Below are positions 20,546 through 32,500 of a DNA stretch of 64,000 nt, piece by piece. Every line of letters begins with the position of its first letter. The first letter of the stretch is position 1. Source of the stretch: Caecitellus pseudoparvulus (lineage: Eukaryota; Protista; Bigyra: Bicosoecida); assembly GCA_965644315.1 (NCBI GenBank), contig CBFFRQ010000068.1, positions 62,001-126,000 on the forward strand, written 5' to 3'. Below the pieces are notes generated by a model that worked only from the letters and a program-made list of their open reading frames with translations, had not been told where the DNA came from and ran no database searches. The position numbers were made by a program, and so were the translations under genes.

Positions 20546-23500
20546 ATGTGGTGCACTGTAGCAAACACCGCCTTGCTTGCCGCTGTTATCTTCAGCTGCC
20601 TGGAGCAGGGCATGGCCCAAGGCAATTGGACCATAGTTAGTCTGGGAGGGGGACTTGTTTCACCCAACCAAACCCTCGTCCTCGACGTACTTGAGGCAGG
20701 CGCTGCCGGGGCCCTGCTCGAACTCCAGGCGAATTTCTCAGGCAACGCCACCGGGCAGGCCAGGCCGCAATGGGCCATGACTTCAGAGCCCATGGCAGCC
20801 CTTAGTCTCTTTCAAGTGAATGAGACCCTCAATATGAGTACTTCTTCGACCGCCACATTGTTCACGGTAGCGAGCTTAGACTATGAGGCAACCTTCGGCT
20901 CCGAACTGCGCCTAAATGTCTCAATCTTCCAGTCGGGAGAAACCCATGACACAGCTTACGTTTCCATAAACATCACCAATGTTAACGAGCCCGTGAGCAT
21001 CAGCAGTGTGGGGGGCGTGGCCCCGGCAGGCGGCGCTGTGAGCGTGCCGGCTGTGCTGGAGGGCGCCGGGAGCTCTGGGGCTGTGGTGGGCCGTGTGCTG
21101 GCGGCGGACGAGGACGTGGACAGTGTGGGCGTGTGGTCCATTGACAGCGTCGTGCCGAGTGTGGCGGGTGTGGAGTTTGGTGTGGTGGTGGACGGGGGGG
21201 ACACCCGCAACCTGACGGTGGACCTGACGGTGGTGGGCGTGCCGCTGAACTACGAGGACGCCGCAGGGTACAACGTGACGGTGTCTGTGACTGACGGGTC
21301 TGCAGGGGGGGGCAGCTTGGACAGCGTGGTGGTGTGGGTGCCAGTGGGGGACGTGAACGAGCCCGTGAGCATCAGCAGTGTGGGGGGCGTGGCCCCGGCA
21401 GGCGGCGCTGTGAGCGTGCCGGCTGTGCTGGAGGGCGCCGGGAGCTCTGGGGCTGTGGTGGGCCGTGTGCTGGCGGCGGACGAGGACGTGGACAGTGTGG
21501 GCGTGTGGTCCATTGACAGCGTCGTGCCGAGCGTGGCGGGTGTGGAGTTTGGTGTGGTAGTGGACGGGGGGGACACCCGCAACCTGACGGTGGACCTGAC
21601 GGTGGTAGGCGTGCCGCTGAACTACGAGGACGCCGCAGGGTACAACGTGACGGTGTCTGTGACTGACGGGTCTGCAGGGGGGGGCAGCTTGGACAGCGTG
21701 GTGGTGTGGGTGCCAGTGGGGGACGTGAACGAGCCCGTGAGCATCAGCAGTGTGGGGGGCGTGGCCCCGGCAGGCGGCGCTGTGAGCGTGCCGGCTGTGC
21801 TGGAGGGCGCCGGGAGCTCTGGGGCTGTGGTGGGCCGTGTGCTGGCGGCGGACGAGGACGTGGACAGTGTGGGCGTGTGGTCCATTGACAGCGTCGTGCC
21901 GAGCGTGGCGGGTGTGGAGTTTGGTGTGGTGGTGGACGGGGGGGACACCCGCAACCTGACGGTGGACCTGACGGTGGTGGGCGTGCCGCTGAACTACGAG
22001 GACGCCGCAGGGTACAACGTGACGGTGTCTGTGACTGACGGGTCTGCAGGGGGGGGCAGCTTGGACAGCGTGGTGGTGTGGGTGCCAGTGGGGGACGTGA
22101 ACGAGCCCGTGAGCATCAGCAGTGTGGGGGGCGTGGCCCCGGCAGGCGGCGCTGTGAGCGTGCCGGCTGTGCTGGAGGGCGCCGGGAGCTCTGGGGCTGT
22201 GGTGGGCCGTGTGCTGGCGGCGGACGAGGACGTGGACAGTGTGGGCGTGTGGTCCATTGACAGCGTCGTGCCGAGTGTGGCGGGTGTGGAGTTTGGTGTG
22301 GTGGTGGACGGGGGGGACACCCGCAACCTGACGGTGGACCTGACGGTGGTAGGCGTGCCGCTGAACTACGAGGACGCCGCAGGGTACAACGTGACGGTGT
22401 CTGTGACTGACGGGTCTGCAGGGGGGGGCAGCTTGGACAGCGTGGTGGTGTGGGTGCCAGTGGGGGACGTGAACGAGCCCGTGAGCATCAGCAGTGTGGG
22501 GGGCGTGGCCCCGGCAGGCGGCGCTGTGAGCGTGCCGGCTGTGCTGGAGGGCGCCGGGAGCTCTGGGGCTGTGGTGGGCCGTGTGCTGGCGGCGGACGAG
22601 GACGTGGACAGTGTGGGCGTGTGGTCCATTGACAGCGTCGTGCCGAGCGTGGCGGGTGTGGAGTTTGGTGTGGTGGTGGACGGGGGGGACACCCGCAACC
22701 TGACGGTGGACCTGACGGTGGTGGGCGTGCCGCTGAACTACGAGGACGCCGCAGGGTACAACGTGACGGTGTCTGTGACTGACGGGTCTGCAGGGGGGCA
22801 GCTTGGACAGCGTGGTGGTGTGGGTGCCAGTGGGGGACGTGAACGAGCCCGTGAGCATCAGCAGTGTGGGGGGCGTGGCCCCGGCAGGCGGCGCTGTGAG
22901 CGTGCCGGCTGTGCTGGAGGGCGCCGGGAGCTCTGGGGCTGTGGTGGGCCGTGTGCTGGCGGCGGACGAGGACGTGGACAGTGTGGGCGTGTGGTCCATT
23001 GACAGCGTCGTGCCGAGTGTGGCGGGTGTGGAGTTTGGTGTGGTGGTGGACGGGGGGGACACCCGCAACCTGACGGTGGACCTGACGGTGGTGGGCGTGC
23101 CGCTGAACTACGAGGACGCCGCAGGGTACAACGTGACGGTGTCTGTGACTGACGGGTCTGCAGGGGGGGGCAGCTTGGACAGCGTGGTGGTGTGGGTGCC
23201 AGTGGGGGACGTGAACGAGCCCGTGAGCATCAGCAGTGTGGGGGGCGTGGCCCCGGCAGGCGGCGCTGTGAGCGTGCCGGCTGTGCTGGAGGGCGCCGGG
23301 AGCTCTGGGGCTGTGGTGGGCCGTGTGCTGGCGGCGGACGAGGACGTGGACAGTGTGGGCGTGTGGTCCATTGACAGCGTCGTGCCGAGCGTGGCGGGTG
23401 TGGAGTTTGGTGTGGTAGTGGACGGGGGGGACACCCGCAACCTGACGGTGGACCTGACGGTGGTGGGCGTGCCGCTGAACTACGAGGACGCCGCAGGGTA

Positions 23501-26500
23501 CAACGTGACGGTGTCTGTGACTGACGGGTCTGCAGGGGGGGGCAGCTTGGACAGCGTGGTGGTGTGGGTGCCAGTGGGGGACGTGAACGAGCCCGTGAGC
23601 ATCAGCAGTGTGGGGGGCGTGGCCCCGGCAGGCGGCGCTGTGAGCGTGCCGGCTGTGCTGGAGGGCGCCGGGAGCTCTGGGGCTGTGGTGGGCCGTGTGC
23701 TGGCGGCGGACGAGGACGTGGACAGTGTGGGCGTGTGGTCCATTGACAGCGTCGTGCCGAGTGTGGCGGGTGTGGAGTTTGGTGTGGTAGTGGACGGGGG
23801 GGACACCCGCAACCTGACGGTGGACCTGACGGTGGTGGGCGTGCCGCTGAACTACGAGGACGCCGCAGGGTACAACGTGACGGTGTCTGTGACTGACGGG
23901 TCTGCAGGGGGGGGCAGCTTGGACAGCGTGGTGGTGTGGGTGCCAGTGGGGGACGTGAACGAGCCCGTGAGCATCAGCAGTGTGGGGGGCGTGGCCCCGG
24001 CAGGCGGCGCTGTGAGCGTGCCGGCTGTGCTGGAGGGCGCCGGGAGCTCTGGGGCTGTGGTGGGCCGTGTGCTGGCGGCGGACGAGGACGTGGACAGTGT
24101 GGGCGTGTGGTCCATTGACAGCGTCGTGCCGAGCGTGGCGGGTGTGGAGTTTGGTGTGGTGGTGGACGGGGGGGACACCCGCAACCTGACGGTGGACCTG
24201 ACGGTGGTGGGCGTGCCGCTGAACTACGAGGACGCCGCAGGGTACAACGTGACGGTGTCTGTGACTGACGGGTCTGCAGGGGGGGGCAGCTTGGACAGCG
24301 TGGTGGTGTGGGTGCCAGTGGGGGACGTGAACGAGCCCGTGAGCATCAGCAGTGTGGGGGGCGTGGCCCCGGCAGGCGGCGCTGTGAGCGTGCCGGCTGT
24401 GCTGGAGGGCGCCGGGAGCTCTGGGGCTGTGGTGGGCCGTGTGCTGGCGGCGGACGAGGACGTGGACAGTGTGGGCGTGTGGTCCATTGACAGCGTCGTG
24501 CCGAGTGTGGCGGGTGTGGAGTTTGGTGTGGTGGTGGACGGGGGGGACACCCGCAACCTGACGGTGGACCTGACGGTGGTGGGCGTGCCGCTGAACTACG
24601 AGGACGCCGCAGGGTACAACGTGACGGTGTCTGTGACTGACGGGTCTGCAGGGGGGGGCAGCTTGGACAGCGTGGTGGTGTGGGTGCCAGTGGGGGACGT
24701 GAACGAGCCCGTGAGCATCAGCAGTGTGGGGGGCGTGGCCCCGGCAGGCGGCGCTGTGAGCGTGCCGGCTGTGCTGGAGGGCGCCGGGAGCTCTGGGGCT
24801 GTGGTGGGCCGTGTGCTGGCGGCGGACGAGGACGTGGACAGTGTGGGCGTGTGGTCCATTGACAGCGTCGTGCCGAGCGTGGCGGGTGTGGAGTTTGGTG
24901 TGGTGGTGGACGGGGGGGACACCCGCAACCTGACGGTGGACCTGACGGTGGTGGGCGTGCCGCTGAACTACGAGGACGCCGCAGGGTACAACGTGACGGT
25001 GTCTGTGACTGACGGGTCTGCAGGGGCCCGCAGCTTGGACAGCGTGGTGGTGTGGGTGCCAGTGGGGGACGTGAACGAGCCCGTGAGCATCAGCAGTGTG
25101 GGGGGCGTGGCCCCGGCAGGCGGCGCTGTGAGCGTGCCGGCTGTGCTGGAGGGCGCCGGGAGCTCTGGGGCTGTGGTGGGCCGTGTGCTGGCGGCGGACG
25201 AGGACGTGGACAGTGTGGGCGTGTGGTCCATTGACAGCGTCGTGCCGAGTGTGGCGGGTGTGGAGTTTGGTGTGGTGGTGGACGGGGGGGACACCCGCAA
25301 CCTGACGGTGGACCTGACGGTGGTGGGCGTGCCGCTGAACTACGAGGACGCCGCAGGGTACAACGTGACGGTGTCTGTGACTGACGGGTCTGCAGGGGGG
25401 GGCAGCTTGGACAGCGTGGTGGTGTGGGTGCCAGTGGGGGACGTGAACGAGCCCGTGAGCATCAGCAGTGTGGGGGGCGTGGCCCCGGCAGGCGGCGCTG
25501 TGAGCGTGCCGGCTGTGCTGGAGGGCGCCGGGAGCTCTGGGGCTGTGGTGGGCCGTGTGCTGGCGGCGGACGAGGACGTGGACAGTGTGGGCGTGTGGTC
25601 CATTGACAGCGTCGTGCCGAGCGTGGCGGGTGTGGAGTTTGGTGTGGTAGTGGACGGGGGGGACACCCGCAACCTGACGGTGGACCTGACGGTGGTGGGC
25701 GTGCCGCTGAACTACGAGGACGCCGCAGGGTACAACGTGACGGTGTCTGTGACTGACGGGTCTGCAGGGGGGGGCAGCTTGGACAGCGTGGTGGTGTGGG
25801 TGCCAGTGGGGGACGTGAACGAGCCCGTGAGCATCAGCAGTGTGGGGGGCGTGGCCCCGGCAGGCGGCGCTGTGAGCGTGCCGGCTGTGCTGGAGGGCGC
25901 CGGGAGCTCTGGGGCTGTGGTGGGCCGTGTGCTGGCGGCGGACGAGGACGTGGACAGTGTGGGCGTGTGGTCCATTGACAGCGTCGTGCCGAGTGTGGCG
26001 GGTGTGGAGTTTGGTGTGGTAGTGGACGGGGGGGACACCCGCAACCTGACGGTGGACCTGACGGTGGTGGGCGTGCCGCTGAACTACGAGGACGCCGCAG
26101 GGTACAACGTGACGGTGTCTGTGACTGACGGGTCTGCAGGGGGGGGCAGCTTGGACAGCGTGGTGGTGTGGGTGCCAGTGGGGGACGTGAACGAGCCCGT
26201 GAGCATCAGCAGTGTGGGGGGCGTGGCCCCGGCAGGCGGCGCTGTGAGCGTGCCGGCTGTGCTGGAGGGCGCCGGGAGCTCTGGGGCTGTGGTGGGCCGT
26301 GTGCTGGCGGCGGACGAGGACGTGGACAGTGTGGGCGTGTGGTCCATTGACAGCGTCGTGCCGAGTGTGGCGGGTGTGGAGTTTGGTGTGGTAGTGGACG
26401 GGGGGGACACCCGCAACCTGACGGTGGACCTGACGGTGGTGGGCGTGCCGCTGAACTACGAGGACGCCGCAGGGTACAACGTGACGGTGTCTGTGACTGA

Positions 26501-29500
26501 CGGGTCTGCAGGGGGGGGCAGCTTGGACAGCGTGGTGGTGTGGGTGCCAGTGGGGGACGTGAACGAGCCCGTGAGCATCAGCAGTGTGGGGGGCGTGGCC
26601 CCGGCAGGCGGCGCTGTGAGCGTGCCGGCTGTGCTGGAGGGCGCCGGGAGCTCTGGGGCTGTGGTGGGCCGTGTGCTGGCGGCGGACGAGGACGTGGACA
26701 GTGTGGGCGTGTGGTCCATTGACAGCGTCGTGCCGAGCGTGGCGGGTGTGGAGTTTGGTGTGGTAGTGGACGGGGGGGACACCCGCAACCTGACGGTGGA
26801 CCTGACGGTGGTGGGCGTGCCGCTGAACTACGAGGACGCCGCAGGGTACAACGTGACGGTGTCTGTGACTGACGGGTCTGCAGGGGGGGGCAGCTTGGAC
26901 AGCGTGGTGGTGTGGGTGCCAGTGGGGGACGTGAACGAGGTTTTCAGCATATTTGCTCCACGCTTGAGTGTTTCAGAGCAGGCCAGTATTGGCACTGTGA
27001 TTGGTCAAGTCTCTATGTCCGATCCCGATCTAGGCTCCACTTTGAATGGTCAACACAACGTCTCAAGGTTTTCTCTCAATACTTCGACGCCTTTGTTCAG
27101 CGTGTCATCTGATGGGCAGGTGCGTGTTGCAAGTGACCTTGATTTTGACACGTTGACAAACCCTGCAACTGAGACTAAGTATCCCGTCAATGTGACTATC
27201 GTTGTCATGGACTCCCCCGGCACTGGGTTTGGCTTTGAGCTCGAATCCTCGTTCCTTGTTGACATTGTGAACGTTGACGAGCCGCCCGTGCCGTTTGTTG
27301 TTGTGGCAGGGCAAGGAGGGCTGGATGCAGTGTTCACGGAAGGGCCACCCGAGACATTGTTCCTTCTTGACGATATTCGCTCAGCGACATCTATTGTCTT
27401 CGAAGATCCTGACGGGACGCCGATCGCGGTGTCTGTTGACGTTGGTCCTCCTGGGTCGACCCCTCCCTGTGCCGCAGGGCAGTTTGTCGCTGATAATTCC
27501 ACCGTTGGCAATCCCGGTATTCGCCCAAGCGGTTTCCTGGACTTCGAGACATTCTCAAGGTGCACCCTGCAACTGCAAGTGCTCGACAAAGCAGGGGGCG
27601 CAGGGTTTTTATCGACATCCTACACTGTCACTGTTATTGTGCAGGATACAAACGATCCGGCTGTAGTCGCTGACATGGCCTTTAAAATCCCGGAAAACTC
27701 CGGCCCAGGTACTTGCTTGGAAGCTGACCCGCCGGCTTCGGCCGACTACATCAACGTGACCGTCGGGTCTTCGATGCAGAATGTGACGGTGTTTGTGAAC
27801 CAGACTGTCGCGTGCATGGTGAACGTGTCCGGCGTGAATGGGACAAGCTCCTTGCAGCCTGGGAACTGCACAGAGGTGGTTGCCACTGAGGTTGAACGTG
27901 AAGTTCCGCTGTTCCAGCGCTGCTATGTTGTCCCATTCACTGATGCTGATGTGACCGATAGGTACTCAGGTGTGCAGCCATACAGCACTGTCCCGAGTTT
28001 GAGCACTGATGTGTCAAGTGACACCGGGTTGCACTTATTCTCGGTCAATTCCTCACATGGGTTCCTAGTCGTCGCAAGTGGCTCGCCTGTTGACCACGAA
28101 GACTTTCTGCCCACCGGCGGGGTGGTCAACGTCACGATTGCCGTCACAGACCAAGCCGGTGTCTTCGGCACAGGAACTATGCGAGTTACCATTGTGGATG
28201 TACCTGAAGCCCCACAATTCGTAGCTGCGCCATACTCGTTCAATGTGCCGGAAATCAGCCCCCCAGGTTTCTCTTTGGGTGGCATGTCAACCTTGAACGG
28301 ATCGTCATTCCCGCTTCCTGCTGTTGCTGCCGTGGACGAGGATGGCGGAGGGTCCCCTGTTACGTACTCCCTCGTCAGTGCCGACCCTGCTTACTGTTTA
28401 GGCTGGGTCGTACTGGATCCAAGTAATGGCTCGATGGTGCTTTCGTCCGTCGGCAGCGGTTCTCTGGACTTTGAGCAATTGTCGTTCTTCTCACTGCTCA
28501 TTGCTGCCAGTGACGGTGTGCTCTCAACCACGACAAATGTTTCTGTTTTCGTTTCGAACGTCAACGAGCGGCCCCAGCTCGTGAGTGTTGTCACAGAGCT
28601 GGTTGTGTCAGAGGATGCACCCATGGGAGCTGTGCTCCTTTCCCAAGCAGGTGTCGCACGCCCTGCCAACGCCTCAGATCCTGATGGGGCGACGGTGTTT
28701 GAGTATGGAATTGGCGCGTCTTCTTTGCCCGGACTTTTTGTTGTCGATGCGACCTCCGGAGAGGTGTCAGTCAGCCAGCCGAGTTTGTTAAACTTCGAGA
28801 TAGTGGCTGAGTACTGGATCGAGTTTATCGTCTCTGATGGCGATTTGTCTGTCGCTGCCAACGTATCCATCCAAGTTCTAGACGCGAATGACTCGCCTGC
28901 TGCTCTGGATGGTGTGTTTGCTTTCCCTGAGCATGAATCTGTGGGGCAGGGCATCGGTGGAGTGCAGCTATCAGATGAAGACTCCACAGATAGCCTCAGT
29001 GTCGTTTTCTTGGATGGAAATGATGTGCTGGAGCTGGGCCCATTGCTCAGCGTGGAGGTATCACAGGCATCCCGAATAGCTGCGTTCACAGTTGCCCGTG
29101 ACGCGAATTTCGGAGGTCAGCCACGAACGTACTCTATTACAGCTGCAGTGTGCGATTTCAACTGCTCTGTCGTCGAGGTGCTGGCAAACTCGACAGCACG
29201 CGGGGCTTCCAGCTCCTTTTCTTTGACTGTGTCGATATTGCCCATCGAGGAGTTCCCAGTCTTTCTACCGACCACAGAGTACCTAGAAGAGAATGCGGAG
29301 CAGGGTTTTGCGTTTGCAAATGTCTTAGCGACAGACGAAGACATTGCTGAGCAGGGGGATACCCTCGCTTACTTCATTCGTGGGGTGCAGTCCCCCTCTA
29401 GCCTGGGTTTCGACTTCTTCGCGGTCGACCAGGCGTCCGGGTCCCTGAGGGTGGCAGACGGAGTCAGCAGCGTCCCTGGTTCAGCTGGCAGCATTGATTT

Positions 29501-32500
29501 TGAGACTGATTCTTGGTTTGAATTGCTCATGGAAGTGCGTGACTCCACCAACCGCAGCGTGTTTGGCAACGTGTCCGTGCTCGTGGTGGATGTTCCAGAG
29601 CCCCCCATGATGTCAACGACGCAGCTTTTCCTCGCTGAGAATTCGCCGACATGGTCTGCAGCAGGCCTGAATAGCACCGAGGTTGCAGTGGCAGGTGCTT
29701 CTATTGAGCCCTGCTCTGTGGCAGGGCCCTCCTCCCAACCGTTTGTTGTTTCCCATTCCGCCGTTGACGGCTTTCTCTCTGACTCAGCGCTGCTCAACTT
29801 GTGGAACTCTGCGCCTGTCGTGGGGTTGCCAGCGTTGGGGGGAAGCCAAGCTGTACATAGCAACTTGTCTGTGCTTCCTAGAATCGAAGTGTCAATGAGC
29901 CTGTTGGTGCGGAATGACAGCGATGTGGTCCTTGTTGAGGATGTGTCCAGGTCGGGCCAAGCCATCCGATTCATCAACCCTGCACATGCAGCTGCATTAG
30001 TCCAAGATGGCAGTGACGCTGGTTGCTTTTCGGGAACAGGTGCCGGTTGCACGAACTCAACTTTCGTGCCGCGGGAAGGCGCACTTGCTGGTGAAGTTGA
30101 GCCTCAAGTCGGTTTCAGCTTGTTTGTGGACGAAGCGGCGAGAGAGCCTTTCTCGGAGGACGGCCTTCCGCGCTCTCTCGGCGTTGGCATCGCGCTGACC
30201 AATGGAAGCGTCAACGCGGAAGTGTGGAGTCAGTACATGTTCGTACTAACTACATCCCTGTTCTTTGAGAAGGCCAACGCCTCCACCTCAGTGAACAGCT
30301 CAAGTCTGATTAGTCTGAACATCGTAAATCTAAACGAAGCTGCCAACATCTCGATTGAGAACTTTAACGAGCCATTTTTGCCGACTGTACGGGGAAAGGC
30401 GGCGCCCGGCACGCTGCTGACGGATTTGGAGTTCCACGTCGCCGACCCAGACGTGCAAGTTCTGGTGCCCCGTCTGAGCGTGCAGGACCCGAGAGATGAA
30501 TTATTCTTCACAGTCCTACCACCCACTCTGCAGCGGGATGGCTCCGGTGATTGGCCCACCCTTCAGCTCCAAGTCAACAGCACTGTCACTGCGGATGGCC
30601 TGCTGCCCATGACCATCTATTTGGAAGACCCTTCCTCTGTGTGCCTGTCTTCAGCACCCTTGGACTTCACCGTCTCGGTCCAAGACGTGAATGATGCTCC
30701 AGACTGGGTTGTTGGGACTGGGGAGTCCATGAATGTGTCTGTACCCGAGACGACTTACCCTCTTGATGTTGCAACCGTCGTGGCTTTAGATGAAGACTTG
30801 TGCCAGAACCTGGAGTACTCTGTTCTTGGTGATCTGGCGAGCCATTTCCTGGTGCAGCACCAACACATCAACTTGACGAAGTGTGGCACTGCGGAGCCTT
30901 TGCCACCAGGCATCAGTAGCCAGTATTTTGATGCTGTGTGTGAGGCTTGCGTGCTCGATGCTGGGTCTGAGCGCACGCTCATCTCCAAGTCTGCAGTGAT
31001 TCAGCTTGCTCGAAACTCGATCGACTTTGAAACCTTACAAGCCGAGCAATTTGGAGGAAAGTACACAGTTACGATTTCGGTTACTGACGAACCTTACTTG
31101 TTCTCCACGGTGCAGTCCAGGTACCTCCTCAGTTCAGTGGAGAATTCCCTGTCCAGAACGTCCACGCTGCAAGTGTTTGTATCGGACATGCCGGAGCAGC
31201 CACTGGTGACAAAGGTCAGCACAGCCCTGGGCGAGGGCCTTTCGACAGCTGGCAGTGAGAGCATTGTGCTTGATGGTGTTGACTTTCCTTCTGCCCACGC
31301 ACCCTTCCCGGGACTTCCGGTGCCGATTCGAGTAACATACCAGTCCAATGTCACTGCCGGCTCGCCCGAGTTTGAAGCCACAGGGTGTTTTGTGTCTGTG
31401 GGCTTCGTCCAAATCATCTGCAGTAGTGCTCCTGGGTTTGGGACTGACTTCTTCTTCAAAGTCCAGTTCGGCGACAGCAGCGACCCGAGATACAGGGGCA
31501 TGGTCGTTACCACTTCGCCCTTCTCAAACACGTCCATCAGCTACGCAAGGCCAACGGTTGACAGTCTGACCGGCCCTGGTACGGAAGACGCAGATACGGC
31601 AGGGGGGCAGCTCGTCACCATAAGGGGAGCTCAGTTCGGGACTCGGGCTGCCAACCGCGTCGACTTGGTGTCCTACGGGCCCAGTGCCTCAGAGTTTGTC
31701 GCGGCCAACTGCTCAGTCACTGTGGATCACAGCGAGATTCAGTGCTTGACTGCTGAGGGGCTCGGGACAGGCATCCGGTGGAGTGTCATGATAGCAGGGC
31801 AGAGCTGGCAGCAACCCGCGACCACTGGGTATGCCCGCCCCAACATTTCCCATGCGGTGGTGGGCACAGCGGATGGCCTGTTGCCCACAGCAGGGGGTGG
31901 GGTAGTGAACTTGCACGGAGTGAACATGGGCCCACTCTCTCCCCCGCCATCATTTGACACAACTGTCAGCAGCCTCCGGCTCGGGCTGACGACGCACACC
32001 AGTAACTCGTCCATTGCAAGCCTAGCAGAGCCTACGCTCTTGTCTTCGTCGTGTGATGTGTTAAGCGGCCACTCCCTTGTTCGCTGCGTCGTCCCGCCTG
32101 GCGTTGGTAAGGACTTGGCGATGCAGATCACTGTCGGGGGGCAAGTGTCCCCGGTGTCGCAAGCAACCGTTACCTTTCGGGCCCCTGGGGTTCGAGGGGC
32201 TTCGTGTGGCTCGGCAGCCACCCTTGCACGTGCTTTCCTTGAGCCTGGCGTTGCTGCGGGCGTTGAGGCTGGTACGCTCAATTCGTCCGCGCAGACTGCC
32301 TTCCTCGCTGCTGATTCTGTGTGTGCTCTGAGCACAGAGGGTGGGGCCGAAGTAGCCTTGCAAGGCACTGACTTTGGCAGGATTCAAGACGTCCCTCAAG
32401 TGCTTTTTGGTAGCAGACTCTCCGTGGCGAGCAACGCTAGTGGCGGGGCGGGCCAGGGCGCAAGTGGGCTGCACGCCATCGCGTCTGCAACTGTGACTCT

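Noticed and set aside
20921-23068. 715-aa His/Arg-rich minus-strand ORF and the repeated 110-aa and 60-aa ORFs across the array
   Set aside because: These are antisense or alternate-frame shadows of the GTG(Val)-rich cadherin repeat. The start of the long ORF depends on the same frameshift.
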